Source of the DNA: Vicinamibacteria bacterium | Lineage (GTDB): Bacteria > Acidobacteriota > Vicinamibacteria > Marinacidobacterales > Marinacidobacteraceae | Direction: 5' to 3' | Length of the DNA stretch: 64,000 nt | Assembly (NCBI GenBank): GCA_963555995.3 | Contig: OY821641.1 | Coordinates: forward strand, 1,696,001 to 1,760,000 | Shown here: piece by piece, positions 46,828 through 61,203 of the stretch | Layout: each line of letters starts with the position of its first letter | Numbering within the stretch: position 1 is the stretch's first letter | The notes under the pieces: model-generated | What the model was told of the DNA's origin: nothing | The model's input: only the letters and a program-made list of their open reading frames with translations | Databases searched by the model: none | Position numbers and translations under genes: made by a program

Positions 46828-47000
46828 CGCCTGGGACCGCCGCTCTTCAGAGCGGCACAGCGGGCCGAGGGCCCGCGGATGTCGTGTCGCTGCCTGTGGT
46901 GATGAACCGGCAGCAGGGCGCCGCCACGCCGCCCCGCGTCGTGCCGTGCGCTGCGCAGTTGCGCAGCGCGTGCCGGTCTGAAGACCGGCGCTCCCAGGCG
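46828..47000. repeat. REP doublet (REPIN-like)
   Basis: cgcctgggaccgccgctcttcagagcggcac ... gtgccggtctgaagaccggcgctcccaggcg. Confidence 0.8.
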
Positions 47001-47032
47001 GGCGCTCCGAGGCTCCTAGACTTCCGGTCGCG

Positions 47033-50680
<3,648 letters not shown>

Positions 50681-50707
50681 CTTGCCGGCAGGGTGGCGCC
50701 GGAGGGG

Positions 50708-51088
50708 TCAACTGTTCGGGATGCGGTACTTCTCGACCGGGGCGCCCTCGATGAGATGCTGCTGGATGACCTCCTCGAGCGCGTCCGGCGTCATGCCGGA
50801 ATACCAGACACCCTCGGGGTACACCACCGCGATGGGACCCTCGGCGCAGACCCGGAGACAGTTCGCCTTGCTGCGGGCGATCTGCCCGCCGGCCGGGCCG
50901 TTCGCGAGGCCCAGCTCCTCCAGCCGCCGTTTCAGGTAGAGCCAGCTCTCGCAGCCGACGGCCGGCTCGCAGCACTTGGGCTTGTCGGCGTCGGCGCAGA
51001 GGAAGATGTGGCGCTCGACCCTCGCGAGTTCCAGCGACTTCGCCTTCTCGGCGGCGGCGCCGGCGGCGTCGGCCAAGTTGCGCGTCAG
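50708..51088 (-). CDS. Thioredoxin-like (2Fe-2S) ferredoxin
   Basis: 'HIFLC...KCC', '[19 protein letters not shown]', 'HLIEG.PV'. Start uncertain (CTG 51088 or TTG 51076). Confidence 0.85.
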   Translation of the reverse strand: MTRNLADAAGAAAEKAKSLELARVERHIFLCADADKPKCCEPAVGCESWLYLKRRLEELGLANGPAGGQIARSKANCLRVCAEGPIAVVYPEGVWYSGMTPDALEEVIQQHLIEGAPVEKYRIPNS

Positions 51089-51726
51089 CCCGACAGGCCC
51101 GCCGGGCACGCGACGCCGGTGCCCCCGATGCCGCAGTAGCCGTCCGGGTTCTTCGCCAGGTACTGCTGGTGGTAGTCCTCGGCGTAGTAGAAGACGGGCG
51201 CCTCGCGGATCTCGGTGGTGACCGCCCCGTATCCCGCCGTCCGGAGCCGTTCGGCATAGGCGTCGCGGCTCCTGAGCGCGGCATCGCGCTGTCCGCGCCC
51301 CACCGGGTAGATCGCCGACCGGTACTGGGTCCCCACGTCGTTGCCCTGACGCATTCCCTGGGTCGGATCGTGGTTCTCCCAGAAGATCCGCAAGAGCCCC
51401 TCGTAGGTCACCGCGGCGGGGTCGAAGACCACGCGGACGACCTCGGCGTGGCCGGTGCGGCCGGTACAGACCTCGCGGTAGTTCGGGTTGGGCGTGAGGC
51501 CCCCGGCGTATCCCACCGCGCTCGTGTACACCCCGGCCGCCTTCCAGAAGAGCCGCTCGGCGCCCCAGAAACATCCCATCCCGAAGCGCGCCTCCTCCAG
51601 GCCCTCCGGCCAGGGCGGGGCCAGCGGCGTCTTCAGTACGAAGTGCCGTTCCGGAACCCGCATGAGGTCCCCGCGCCCCGCCAGGGCGCTTTCGGATGTT
51701 GGAAGCACGGGCTCGAGGAATCGCAT
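51085..51726 (-). CDS. msrA: Peptide-methionine (S)-S-oxide reductase
   Basis: 'GCFWGAE', 'TGHAEVV', '[17 protein letters not shown]', 'AEDYHQQYL'. Confidence 0.95.
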   Translation of the reverse strand: MRFLEPVLPTSESALAGRGDLMRVPERHFVLKTPLAPPWPEGLEEARFGMGCFWGAERLFWKAAGVYTSAVGYAGGLTPNPNYREVCTGRTGHAEVVRVVFDPAAVTYEGLLRIFWENHDPTQGMRQGNDVGTQYRSAIYPVGRGQRDAALRSRDAYAERLRTAGYGAVTTEIREAPVFYYAEDYHQQYLAKNPDGYCGIGGTGVACPAGLSG

Positions 51727-51816
51727 GACCGACCGGCCGGAAGTCTATCCAGCAGCCACCGTAAGCAGCCCGGTGGTCAACGTGGCTGGTCCACCGTCGT
51801 GACGGCGTCGCCGGCC

Positions 51817-51979
51817 GGGAGCGCCGGTCTTCAGACCGGCACAGTGGGCCGAAGGCCCACGGATGTCGTGTCGCTGTCTGCGGTGATGGACCGGGAGCAG
51901 AGCGCCACTGTGCCGGCGAGCGCCGTGCCTTGCGCTGCGCTATCGCGCAGCGCGTGCCGGTCTGAAGACCGGCGCTCCC
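51817..51979. repeat. REP doublet (REPIN-like)
   Basis: gggagcgccggtcttcagaccggcac ... gtgccggtctgaagaccggcgctccc. Confidence 0.85.
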
Positions 51980-52009
51980 AACCGTTGGCTCCGTATACTC
52001 GCCGCCCCG

Positions 52010-53383
52010 GTGACGAACGACCTGTCAGCAGTCCTCGAGCGGGCGCGGCGGCTCGTGGAGTCCGGCGAGACCACGCCCCGGAGGTTCCGGAGCGAAGCGC
52101 TCGCGGCGCTGGCGGCGGTCCTGCGGGACCACCGCGACACCTGGGAAGACGCGCTCCGGGCGGATCTCGGAGCCCCCGCGTTCGAGACCTGGGCCACCCA
52201 GACCGGCCTCGTCCTCGCCGAGATCCGCCACGCCCGGCGTCACCTCCGGCGCTGGATGCGTCCCCGCCGGGTCGGCACGCCGCTCGCCGTCATGCCGGCG
52301 CGGAGCCGCATCGAGCCGGCCCCCGCCGGCGTCGTGCTGGTGATCGCTCCCTGGAACTACCCGTTGCAGCTCTGCCTGGCCCCCGCCGCGGCGGCGATCG
52401 CCGCCGGCAACGCGGTGGTGATCAAACCCTCGGAGCACGCGCCCCGGACGGCGGGGAAGCTCGCGGAACTCGCGCCCGCCGCGCTGCCGCCGGGGCTCGT
52501 GCAGGTGGTCGAGGGGGGACCGGAGACGGCCCAGGCGCTCATCGGCGAGGGTTTCGACCACGTCCTGTTCACCGGCAGCCGGCGCGCCGGCGCCCGGGTG
52601 GCGGAGGCGGCGGGACGCCGGCTGACCCCCGTCACCCTCGAGCTCGGCGGCAAGTGCCCGGCGCTCGTGGACCGGAGCGCCGACCTGCGCGTCGCCGCCC
52701 GCCGCCTCGCGTGGGCGAAGTTCCTGAACGCGGGACAGACCTGCGTCGCCCCCGACTTCGTGCTGGTGCCCGAAGACCGGTACGACGAATTCTCGGAAAG
52801 GCTCGGCGAAAACCTCGACCGGTTCTACGGCGGCGCCCCCGCCGCGAGCCCGGACTACGGCCGGATCGTCCACGCGACCCACTTCCGGCGGCTGGAGCGG
52901 CTGCTGTCCGGCCTGCCCCTGCTCCAGGGCGGCGAGCGGGACCCGGAGCGGCTCCATTTCGGCCCCACCGTCACCGGGCCGTGGCCCGCCGGGCACCCGG
53001 CGCAGCGCGAGGAGATCTTCGGGCCCATCCTGCCGCTCCTCCCCTACCGGGACCTCGACGAGGCGCTCGCCGAGCTCGGCGAGCATCCCGACCCGCTGGC
53101 GCTCTATGTGTTCTCCCGGCGGCGCGAGCCCGTTCGCCGCGCCGCGGCCGTGCTCCGTTCCGGGGCGCTGGTCACGAACGACGCGGTCGTTCACTGCGCG
53201 AACCCCGCGCTCCCCTTCGGCGGCGTCGGCAGGAGCGGCCATGGCTCCTATCACGGGGTCCACGGCTTCGAGCTGCTCTCCCGGAAACGGGCGGTCCTGA
53301 ACGCCGCGACCTGGCTCGATCCCCCGGTGCGCTATCCCCCCTACCGGGGCAAGCTCGGGCTCCTGCGGCTGCTGCTCCGCTGA
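52010..53383 (+). CDS. Aldehyde dehydrogenase (ALDH3/coniferyl-aldehyde-like)
   Basis: 'PWNYP', 'KPSE', 'FTGS', 'LELGGK', 'NAGQTC', 'EEIFGP', 'PFGGVG.SG'. Confidence 0.92.
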   Translation: MTNDLSAVLERARRLVESGETTPRRFRSEALAALAAVLRDHRDTWEDALRADLGAPAFETWATQTGLVLAEIRHARRHLRRWMRPRRVGTPLAVMPARSRIEPAPAGVVLVIAPWNYPLQLCLAPAAAAIAAGNAVVIKPSEHAPRTAGKLAELAPAALPPGLVQVVEGGPETAQALIGEGFDHVLFTGSRRAGARVAEAAGRRLTPVTLELGGKCPALVDRSADLRVAARRLAWAKFLNAGQTCVAPDFVLVPEDRYDEFSERLGENLDRFYGGAPAASPDYGRIVHATHFRRLERLLSGLPLLQGGERDPERLHFGPTVTGPWPAGHPAQREEIFGPILPLLPYRDLDEALAELGEHPDPLALYVFSRRREPVRRAAAVLRSGALVTNDAVVHCANPALPFGGVGRSGHGSYHGVHGFELLSRKRAVLNAATWLDPPVRYPPYRGKLGLLRLLLR

Positions 53384-56300
53384 TGCCGCACGCCGCGCAC
53401 GCCGGGGGGCTCCCGTTCCCCATGGATCCCCTGAGGCACCGGCCGCGGGTCGCCGTTCGGGAGGCCGAGGCCGCCGCCGGCGAAGTGTGGGGCCTGAAGG
53501 GGCGCGCCACCCCGCTCCCGGGCGAGCGCGACGCGAACTTTCTCCTCGAAGACGATTCGGGCGGCCGGTTCGTGCTCAAGATCAGCAGCGCCTCCGAGCG
53601 ACCCGAACGGCTCGGCCTGCAGCACGGCCTCATCGCGCGGGTCCGCGCGCGGGACCCGGCGCTGCGCCTCCCGGAGGCCGTTCCGACCTCCACCGGCGAG
53701 TCGCCGGCGTCGCGGGACTTCGGCGGCCGCGGGCACCGGGTGCGGCTCTTCCGCTACCTCGAGGGCTCGCCGCTCTCCGCCTTCCGGCGGCGTCCGCCCC
53801 CCCTGCTGGATTCCGTCGGCAGGCTGGCCGGCCGGGTGCAGCGCACCCTCGACGGTTTCGATCATCCCGAACTGGACGTCCACGAGATCCCCTGGGCGCC
53901 GGCCCACGCTCCCGCGGTCATCGCCGCGGCTTCGGGGGTCTTCCGTGAGGACGACGACTTGGGGACCTACCGGAGCGTCGCCGGCGCCGTGCGGGACCAC
54001 CTGCCGGAGCTTCTGGGCCTGCCGGCCGGCGCGCTCCACAACGACGCCAACGACGACAACCTCCTCCTCGCCGCGGGGACGCCCGAGACCGCGGAACCGG
54101 AGGACATGGCGCTCCTCGACTTCGGGGACGCCGTCCGGGGTCCGCTGGTCTGCGAGGCGGCGACGGCGGCCCTCTACACCGCCGCCGCCGCGTTCGCACC
54201 GCTGCCGGCCGCCGCGCGGGTGCTCGCCGGCTTCGCGGCTGAACGGCCGCTCAGCGAGCGGGAGGCGGACCTCTTCGGGGTCGCCTTTGCGGTCCGGGCG
54301 CTGGTGAGCGCCGGGGTCGCGGCCCTGCGCCGGACGCGGGTCGCCGGAGCGGCGGACGACGGGTACCTCATGGTGAGTCAGGCCGGGGTCTGGCGCGTCC
54401 TCCGGGCCATCGAGGCCGAACCGGCCGCGGTCACCGCGGGCCGGTTCCGGCTCGCCGCCGGGTTCTCTCCCCTGCCCCGACTGGCCGAGCGGCGCGCCGC
54501 CGTCCGGCGCGCCGCCGCGCGGGCCATCCCTCCGATCGCACCCGGAGAGGCTCCGGTGGCGCTGGACCTCTCGCCGGAGAGCCCGGCGGTGGATCCGGGC
54601 GCCGCCGCCGCATCCCTCCGCGCCGCCGTCACGGCCGCCACCGAGACGGCGGGCATTGCCGTCGGCCGGTATCTTGAACCCCGGGTCCCCGAGACGACGC
54701 CCCGGGACGGCCCCGAGGGCCCGCGGGCGGAGCCCGCCACCCTCCAGTTGGGGATCGAGATCTTCGCTCCGGCGGGGACACCGGTGCGGGCGGCGCTGGC
54801 CGGAGAGGTGGAATGGGCCGGGGACGGCTCGGGCGACTCCGTGAGCGGCGCTTCCGCGGGCATCCGCCACGCGTTCGACGGCGAGGTCTTCTGGACCTCC
54901 TACCGCCAGCTCGACCCCGGGTGCCTCAAGACAGTCGTTCCGGGGCGCCGCGTCGAGGCCGGAGACGTGCTGGGAACCGTCGCAGGGTCGCCTCGCCGTG
55001 GCGACCCGCCGCCCCACCTCCAGTTCCAGGTGCTCCTGAGCCGGTTGCGCGGCCGGCCGCCCCGACGGACCACCGCCGCCGACCTCCCGGTCCTTTCCGC
55101 CCTGAGCGCCGATCCGCTGGACTTCTTCGGCCTGGGACCCGAGGCCCGCGTTCCTCCCGAAGCCCGTGAGGAGCGCGGCGACCGTTTGCTCGAAACCCGC
55201 AGGCGGCGGTTCAGCAGCGCCCTCAGCATTTCCTACGACGTCCCCATCCGGGTGGTGCGCGGCCGGGGCGCCCGCCTCTACGACGACACCGGACGCGACT
55301 ACCTCGACATGGTGAACAACGTCGCGCACGTCGGGCACGCCCACCCGCGGGTCGCGGACGCCATCGCCCGCCAGGCCGCCCTCCTCAACACGAACACCCG
55401 CTACCTCTACCGCCAGCTCACCGACTACGCCGAACGCCTGGGGGGGACCTTCCCGGCGCCGCTGGAAGTGGTCTTTCTCACGAACTCCGGCAGCGAAGCG
55501 AACGACCTCGCGCTCCGCATCGCCCGCGCCCACCTGGGGCGGCGGGAGACCCTGGCGTTCGACGGCGGCTATCACGGCAACCTCACCTCCCTCATCGAGG
55601 TCAGCCCCTACAAGCTCGATGGCCGGGGAGGACGCCCGGGGCCGGCGTGGCTCCACCGGCTGCCGATGCCGGACGGGTACCGCGGCCGCTTCCGGGACGG
55701 GGAGCGGGACTTCCCGGCGTCCCTGATCGAGGACGCCGAGGCCCGGGTCCGGGTGGCGGGGCCGGCGACCCTGATCGGGGAGGCCATCCTGAGCTGCGGC
55801 GGCCAGATCGTGCCGCCTCCGGGCTACCTGGGAGCCCTCTACCGGGCCGTCCGGAGCGCCGGCGGCGTGATCGTAGCGGACGAGGTCCAGACCGGCTTCG
55901 GCCGGACCGGGCCGGCGCTGTGGGCCTTTCTCGCCGTGCAGGACGAGGGCGAACCGCTCCTTCCGGACATCGTCACGCTCGGGAAACCCGCCGGGAACGG
56001 ACATCCGCTCGGCGCGGTGGTGACCACCCGCGAACTCGCCCGGTCCTTCGAGACCGGGATGGAGTACTTCAACACCTTCGGCGGCAACCCGGTCTCCTGC
56101 GCCGCGGGACTCGCGGTCCTCGACGTGATCCGGGAGGAGCGGCTCGCCGAACACGCCGCGGCCGTGGGCGGGGAGCTGCTCGGCGGGCTCACGAGCCTCG
56201 CGAGCCGCTACCCTATCCTCGGCCAGGTTCGGGGGCGCGGACTCTTCCTCGGGTTCGAAATGGTCCGCGACCCGTCGAGCCGCGCGCCGGCTGGCGAGGA

Positions 56301-56463
56301 GGCCCGGCGGCTCGTGAACCGGCTCCGCGACTTCGGGGTCCTCAACAGCACCGACGGGCCGGACGCCAACGTCATCAAGCTCAAACCGCCCCTGCCCTTC
56401 TCCTCCGCCGACGCCGCCCGCTACCTCGAAGTCCTCGAAACCGTCCTGGAGGAGCAGTTCTGA
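53383..56463 (+). CDS. Fusion: APH-family phosphotransferase + degenerate M23-like domain + class III PLP aminotransferase/phospho-lyase
   Basis: 'GERDANF', 'LHNDANDDN', 'LDFGD' (APH); 'DEVQTGFGR', '[12 protein letters not shown]', '[10 protein letters not shown]' (AT-III). ATG overlaps the ALDH stop (TGATG). Confidence 0.88.
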   Translation: MPHAAHAGGLPFPMDPLRHRPRVAVREAEAAAGEVWGLKGRATPLPGERDANFLLEDDSGGRFVLKISSASERPERLGLQHGLIARVRARDPALRLPEAVPTSTGESPASRDFGGRGHRVRLFRYLEGSPLSAFRRRPPPLLDSVGRLAGRVQRTLDGFDHPELDVHEIPWAPAHAPAVIAAASGVFREDDDLGTYRSVAGAVRDHLPELLGLPAGALHNDANDDNLLLAAGTPETAEPEDMALLDFGDAVRGPLVCEAATAALYTAAAAFAPLPAAARVLAGFAAERPLSEREADLFGVAFAVRALVSAGVAALRRTRVAGAADDGYLMVSQAGVWRVLRAIEAEPAAVTAGRFRLAAGFSPLPRLAERRAAVRRAAARAIPPIAPGEAPVALDLSPESPAVDPGAAAASLRAAVTAATETAGIAVGRYLEPRVPETTPRDGPEGPRAEPATLQLGIEIFAPAGTPVRAALAGEVEWAGDGSGDSVSGASAGIRHAFDGEVFWTSYRQLDPGCLKTVVPGRRVEAGDVLGTVAGSPRRGDPPPHLQFQVLLSRLRGRPPRRTTAADLPVLSALSADPLDFFGLGPEARVPPEAREERGDRLLETRRRRFSSALSISYDVPIRVVRGRGARLYDDTGRDYLDMVNNVAHVGHAHPRVADAIARQAALLNTNTRYLYRQLTDYAERLGGTFPAPLEVVFLTNSGSEANDLALRIARAHLGRRETLAFDGGYHGNLTSLIEVSPYKLDGRGGRPGPAWLHRLPMPDGYRGRFRDGERDFPASLIEDAEARVRVAGPATLIGEAILSCGGQIVPPPGYLGALYRAVRSAGGVIVADEVQTGFGRTGPALWAFLAVQDEGEPLLPDIVTLGKPAGNGHPLGAVVTTRELARSFETGMEYFNTFGGNPVSCAAGLAVLDVIREERLAEHAAAVGGELLGGLTSLASRYPILGQVRGRGLFLGFEMVRDPSSRAPAGEEARRLVNRLRDFGVLNSTDGPDANVIKLKPPLPFSSADAARYLEVLETVLEEQF

Positions 56464-56531
56464 GCCATCTCCCTGAACCGGGGTCGAAGGCCCGCTCCGG
56501 CCCGGCTTCCCCCGCGGCGCCCCCGTGGAGC

Positions 56532-57221
56532 GTGGTGGAGGCGCCTCCCGCCGGACCGCACCGCGCCACGGTCATCTGGCTCCACGGGCTCGGCGCCGAC
56601 GGCCACGACTTCGAGCCCGTCATCCCGGCGCTGCGGCTTCCCGACGCCCTGGGGGTCCGGTTCGTGTTCCCCGAGGCGCCCTTCCGGCCGGTCACGATCA
56701 ACGGCGGGATGGAGATGCGCGCCTGGTTCGACATCGAGTCGGTGCAACGCGACACGGGCATCAACCGCGAGCACCTCGCGGAATCGGTCGCCGGCGTCCG
56801 CTCGCTGGTGGAGCTGGAGGCCGAGCGGGGAATCCCGCCCGAGCGCGTGGTGCTGGCCGGGTTCTCCCAGGGTGGAGCGGTCGTCCTCCAGGCGGCCACC
56901 GGTCCCGGCGCCGCGGGCGAGCCGCCCCTCCGGCCGGCCGGCGTGGTGGCGCTCTCCACCTACCTCCCGGTCACGGACCGGGTGGCGCCGCCGCCGGAGC
57001 CCCCTACCCCCATCTTCCAGGCGCACGGCACGTTCGATCCGCTGATCCCGGTCCACCTGGCCGGAGTGAGTCGCCGGGCGCTCGGGCAAGCGGGATGGAC
57101 CGTCGAGTACCACGAATACCCGATGGCGCACCAGGTCGCGGAGGCGGAGATCCGGGACATCGGGATCTTCCTGCGGCGCGTGCTGGAAGCCCCGCCGGCC
57201 GGGGGCGGTTCCTCCACATGA
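56532..57221 (+). CDS. Phospholipase/carboxylesterase (alpha/beta hydrolase)
   Basis: 'WLHGLGADG', 'GFSQGG', 'HGTFD', 'YPMAHQV'. Start approximate. Confidence 0.9.
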   Translation: MVEAPPAGPHRATVIWLHGLGADGHDFEPVIPALRLPDALGVRFVFPEAPFRPVTINGGMEMRAWFDIESVQRDTGINREHLAESVAGVRSLVELEAERGIPPERVVLAGFSQGGAVVLQAATGPGAAGEPPLRPAGVVALSTYLPVTDRVAPPPEPPTPIFQAHGTFDPLIPVHLAGVSRRALGQAGWTVEYHEYPMAHQVAEAEIRDIGIFLRRVLEAPPAGGGSST

Positions 57222-58219
57222 GCGGCGGACGGCTTCCGGTCACGCTGATCACCGGCGCCGCGGGCGAGATCGGGCAGGCGCTCCTCCAGCGGCTGGCCGA
57301 CGGGCCGGGCGATCCCGTCGTGACCGTGGACCTCCGTCCCCTGCCCGCCGCGACATCCGGGGGCCGCCCCCGGGAGCACTTCCGGGGAGACATCCTCGAT
57401 CCCGCGCTCTGGGAGGAACTCCTCCGCCGCTACCGCCCCGCCCTCATCTTTCACCTCGCCGCGATCCTCTCGACGCGGGCCGAAGCGGTCCCGGTGCTCG
57501 CCCACCGCGTGAATGCCGACGGCGCCGCCCGCCTCCTCGCCACCGCCGCGGACCTCGCCACCCCGGACGAGCCGGTCCGCTTCGTCTTTCCGAGTTCGAT
57601 CGCGGTGTACGGCCTCCCGACGCAGGAAGCCAAGGAGGCGGCGGCGCCCGTCGGCGAAGACGAGCGTCTCGACCCGGCGACGCTCTACGGGGCCCAGAAG
57701 CTGTACGTCGAGCGCCTCGGCGCGGCCATCGAGCGACGGGGCGGCGGCCTCGACTTCCGGGCGGTGCGGCTGCCCGGGCTCATCTCCTCGGACACGCTGC
57801 CGCAGGGCGGCACGAGCGACTGGGCCCCGGAACTCATCCATGCCGCCGCCCGCGACGAGCCCTACTCCTGCTTCGTGAACCCACAAGCCCGCCTCCCCTT
57901 CTGCGCCATGCCCAATGCGGTGGAGGGGATCCTGCGTCTCGCGTTCCGCCGGAAGGCGTCCCTGACCCGAAGCGCCTACAACCTGGGCGGCCCGAGCCTC
58001 TCCGCCGCGGAGATCATCGCGCGCGTGGCGCGGGACTTTCCGGATCTCGAGGTCCGGTTCCGGCTGGACCCGGCGCGCGACCGGATCGTGGCGAGCTGGC
58101 CCGGCGCCGTGGACGACGCCGCGGCCCGCCGGGACTTCGGCTTCGCCCCCGGGCACGACGAGGAGACGCTCTTTTCCCGATACCTGATCCCGGGCATCCG
58201 GCGCCGCTACCAGGGGTAA
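57218..58219 (+). CDS. NAD-dependent epimerase/dehydratase (L-threonine dehydrogenase-like SDR)
   Basis: 'ITGAAGEIG', 'HLAAILS..AE', 'PSSIAVYG', 'YGAQK', 'PQGGTSDW'. Confidence 0.85.
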   Translation: MSGGRLPVTLITGAAGEIGQALLQRLADGPGDPVVTVDLRPLPAATSGGRPREHFRGDILDPALWEELLRRYRPALIFHLAAILSTRAEAVPVLAHRVNADGAARLLATAADLATPDEPVRFVFPSSIAVYGLPTQEAKEAAAPVGEDERLDPATLYGAQKLYVERLGAAIERRGGGLDFRAVRLPGLISSDTLPQGGTSDWAPELIHAAARDEPYSCFVNPQARLPFCAMPNAVEGILRLAFRRKASLTRSAYNLGGPSLSAAEIIARVARDFPDLEVRFRLDPARDRIVASWPGAVDDAAARRDFGFAPGHDEETLFSRYLIPGIRRRYQG

Positions 58220-58767
58220 CAGCCTGTGGTGAAACCCCCGTGAGCGCCGAGAGCGGCGAGGCGCCCGGCTGACAAGGCGCGTGAGGGAGGAATACCGGGT
58301 GTATTCCGACCGAAACGCAACGCAGAGCGCCTCGCAGAGGCGCGGTTCAGGCGGGATGCATCGCCGCTCGAACGCCGCGTGGGTTTTGCCACAGGCTGTT
58401 AACAGTCTGTGGTGAAACCCACGTGAGCGCCGAGACGGGCGAGGCGCCCGGCTGACAAGGCGCGTGAGGGAGGAATACCGGGTGTATTCCGACCGAAACG
58501 CAACGATGAGCGCCTCGTAGAGGCGCGGTTCAGCCGGGATGCATCGCCCGTCGAACGCCGCGTGGGTTTTGCCACAGGCTGTTAACAGTCTGTGGTGAAA
58601 CCCACGTGAGCGCCGAGACGGGCGAGGCGCCCGGCTGACAAGGCGCGTGAGGGAGGAATACCGGGTGTATTCCGACCGAAACGCAACGATGAGCGCCTCG
58701 TAGAGGCGCGGTTCAGCCGGGATGCATCGCCCGTCGAACGCCGCGTGGGTTTTGCCACAGGCTGTTA
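58217..58767. mobile_element. Three tandem 181-bp MITE-like elements separated and flanked by TA
   Basis: Elements 58219-58399, 58402-58582 and 58585-58765; termini acag(c/t)ctgtggtgaaaccc / gggttttgccacaggctgt; period 183 bp. Confidence 0.85.
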
Positions 58768-58777
58768 AATTCCCGCG

Positions 58778-59548
58778 ATGGCAAACGCGCCTCGTTCTCC
58801 CTTCTGGCCCGGCGTCCTCTCGCCGTTCGTTTCGGCGTTCCTGGGCGCGGCCACGTATCTCATCCTCACCCGGCTGAGTTCGAACCCGGACGCGGACTAC
58901 CTGTTTCGCCTGGGGGCCGTGGCGTTCGTCATGCTGCTGCCCCCTGCGTTCGCGCTGTACCGCGCCTTTCGGGGCTACCGGGACGGCGGCCTCCAATGGA
59001 CCGGATGGATGGCCGCAGCGGTGGCCCTCCTCTCCCTCGGCCTCGTCGCCGTTCCCATCGGCGGCGCCGTGCGGCGAGCCCGCCAGGCGGCCAACCTGGC
59101 GCTTTCCGGGGTGGCCGCGCCCGACTTCGTCGCCCGGGACCTCGACGGCAGGGTCCACCGCCTCTCGGATCACCGTGGATCCGTGGTCCTCGTCAACATC
59201 TGGGCCACCTGGTGCCCGCCTTGCCGCGCCGAGATGCCCGAGCTGGACCGGCTGGCGCGGGAACGCGGCGAGGAAGGCTTCCGCGTCTACGGCATCTCCA
59301 CCGAGGAGGAGGCCATCCAGCAGGACTTCCGCAGGGACGTCCTGTCGGTGGACTACCCGCTGCTCCTGCCCGGCGCGCTCGAGAGCGGCGTCATGCCGGA
59401 CATCTTCGTGGAGACCGCCCGCTACCCAGCCAATTTCCTCATCGACCGCGACGGGCTCCTGCATCCGGCCCCGAGCACCGACCAGCCCTTCGCGGCGCTC
59501 GAAGCCGAAGTGGACCGGGTCCTGGCGTTGCCCGCAGGAACGCCCTGA
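58778..59548 (+). CDS. TlpA-family disulfide reductase with N-terminal TM helices
   Basis: 'APDF...DLDG', 'VNIWATWCPPCRAEMP'. Confidence 0.88.
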   Translation: MANAPRSPFWPGVLSPFVSAFLGAATYLILTRLSSNPDADYLFRLGAVAFVMLLPPAFALYRAFRGYRDGGLQWTGWMAAAVALLSLGLVAVPIGGAVRRARQAANLALSGVAAPDFVARDLDGRVHRLSDHRGSVVLVNIWATWCPPCRAEMPELDRLARERGEEGFRVYGISTEEEAIQQDFRRDVLSVDYPLLLPGALESGVMPDIFVETARYPANFLIDRDGLLHPAPSTDQPFAALEAEVDRVLALPAGTP

Positions 59549-59554
59549 ACGGGC

Positions 59555-59722
59555 CGGCTTGGAACGCCGGCTTCAGCCGGCACCCGCGGCGCGAAGCGCA
59601 GCGGACTGCACGACGCTGCCCCGCGCGATGGCGTTCGGCTCTCGGTCCATCACGGCGAACCGCGGCACAACATCCGCGGGCCTTCGGCCCGCTGTGCCGG
59701 CTGAAGCCGGCGTTCCAAGCCG
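59555..59722. repeat. REP doublet (REPIN-like)
   Basis: cggcttggaacgccggcttcagccggcac ... gtgccggctgaagccggcgttccaagccg. Confidence 0.85.
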
Positions 59723-59726
59723 TCGG

Positions 59727-61121
59727 TTAGCGGTCGGCGCCGAAGTTGCCGAGCGCCATGATGGACGGCACCGCAACTCCGTTCAGCGTGGCGGGGGTGT
59801 AGCGGCCGCGGACCAGCGACATCATCATCTGGTGGACGCGCCCCGAACTCTCGGGCGCGAAGTGCGCGGACTTGACCCGGCCCCGGTGGTCAATGAGGAC
59901 CATGATCCCGTCCCGCTCCGAGGAACGCCGCGAACCGCCCGAATCCCGCATGGGCACCGGCGTGCTCCGGAGCACCGGGGGCTCGTAGAGGATGCCGGGG
60001 TTGCTGGCGCGCTCCCGCACCGCCATCAGGAACGGGGCGAGATCGTGCATGAGGTAGTCGAAGTCCGTTTCGAACGCGATCTCGAACGCCGCTTCGGCGC
60101 CGACGCCGTCGGAGCGCAGGGCATGGAGATAACCGAGCTGCAGGTGGGCTTCCGCGTCCCGGGGCCGAATGTCGAGCAGCGCCCGGTACAGGCTCTCGGT
60201 GTCCTCGAGATCGCCGTTCAGCGAATGGGAACGGGCGAGCAACCGGAGCGCCCGGAGGTTTGTCGGGTCCTGGAGGAGTACCTCCCCGAGTTCCTCGATG
60301 GCGAGATCGAGGTTGCGGGACCCCAGGTGGGACTCGCCGATCAACAGGCGAACATCGTTGCGCTGCGCGTCCGAGACCGGCATGAAGGTCGACAGCCAGT
60401 TGATCGCCTGCTCGAACTTCCCGTCCTCGATGTAGCGGCGCGCCTGCCGGATCGGATCCTCCATCCCGACGATCATCTCCAACGGGGGTTCCGGGACGGT
60501 CGGGCGGAGCATGAAGTGCCGCTGCGGGACCACCGCCCGCTCGCTCAGGCTGGCCGCCAGCAGCGGATACGAAGTGGCCAGCCGCTCCATGGCGACGTCG
60601 AAGTCATCCAGCACGCGGAGTTTCTGGCCCTCGTAGACCATCCCCTGCCGCTCGGCGCCGGCCCGGATGGTACCGATGTAGACCGGACGGTCCGCGGGGA
60701 CGGAAATCAGGGTCTCTCCCCGTTCGTGATCGCGGGGGGACACGGTGAAACGTTGCCGGATGGGCCGGAACCGCCGGGTGTTCAGCGGGCGGATGTTCGG
60801 GAAATAGACGGCCTCGATCGCCTCCACGTCATAGACGCCGGGGGGCACCAGCTCGTTGATCAGGCCGAGCCCGTCGTCCACCGACAGGGTTTCGTTGCGG
60901 CCGGTATCACGATGCCGCAGGACGATCCGGCGCGAACGGAAGTCGGGGCTCTCGAATTTGCCCACGAACCGGCCGATCACCAGCGACTTGCCGTCGCGCT
61001 GCACTTCGGGCCAGACCGAGTTCCGGGAGGGCAGCTCCGCCTCGGCGGCGGGCAGGAATGGCCCGGTCCCGTTCAGCCCGAGGACCAGCAGGCCCGTGAA
61101 GAAACCGCGGAGCACCTTCAC
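59727..61121 (-). CDS. Secreted TPR protein with C-terminal TonB_C-like segment
   Basis: Signal peptide, TPRs ('AEAHLQLGYL'), C-terminal 'VLIDHRGRV.SA...YTPATLNGVAVP'. GTG start inferred. Confidence 0.65.
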   Translation of the reverse strand: MKVLRGFFTGLLVLGLNGTGPFLPAAEAELPSRNSVWPEVQRDGKSLVIGRFVGKFESPDFRSRRIVLRHRDTGRNETLSVDDGLGLINELVPPGVYDVEAIEAVYFPNIRPLNTRRFRPIRQRFTVSPRDHERGETLISVPADRPVYIGTIRAGAERQGMVYEGQKLRVLDDFDVAMERLATSYPLLAASLSERAVVPQRHFMLRPTVPEPPLEMIVGMEDPIRQARRYIEDGKFEQAINWLSTFMPVSDAQRNDVRLLIGESHLGSRNLDLAIEELGEVLLQDPTNLRALRLLARSHSLNGDLEDTESLYRALLDIRPRDAEAHLQLGYLHALRSDGVGAEAAFEIAFETDFDYLMHDLAPFLMAVRERASNPGILYEPPVLRSTPVPMRDSGGSRRSSERDGIMVLIDHRGRVKSAHFAPESSGRVHQMMMSLVRGRYTPATLNGVAVPSIMALGNFGADR

Positions 61122-61203
61122 GATGGTCTCACCCTTTCCTTTGCCGTTCAACCCGGCCCCCCGGCAGGCCCCTGCACACCGCTCGGCCGGCTGCGCCGCG
61201 CGG

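Noticed and set aside
46741-47032. SAM or cobalamin riboswitch upstream of metH
   Set aside because: The structured sequence is a REP doublet homologous to other copies; no S-box or B12-box consensus seen.
51169-56463. 1764-aa giant ORF
   Set aside because: The first ~740 codons overlap msrA, a REP and the ALDH gene in other frames; the real gene starts at about 53383.
58217-58767. CRISPR, tRNA cluster or coding repeat (ORF 56960-59464)
   Set aside because: Units are contiguous with no variable spacers and no cloverleaf/T-loop; the spanning ORF is antisense to two real genes.
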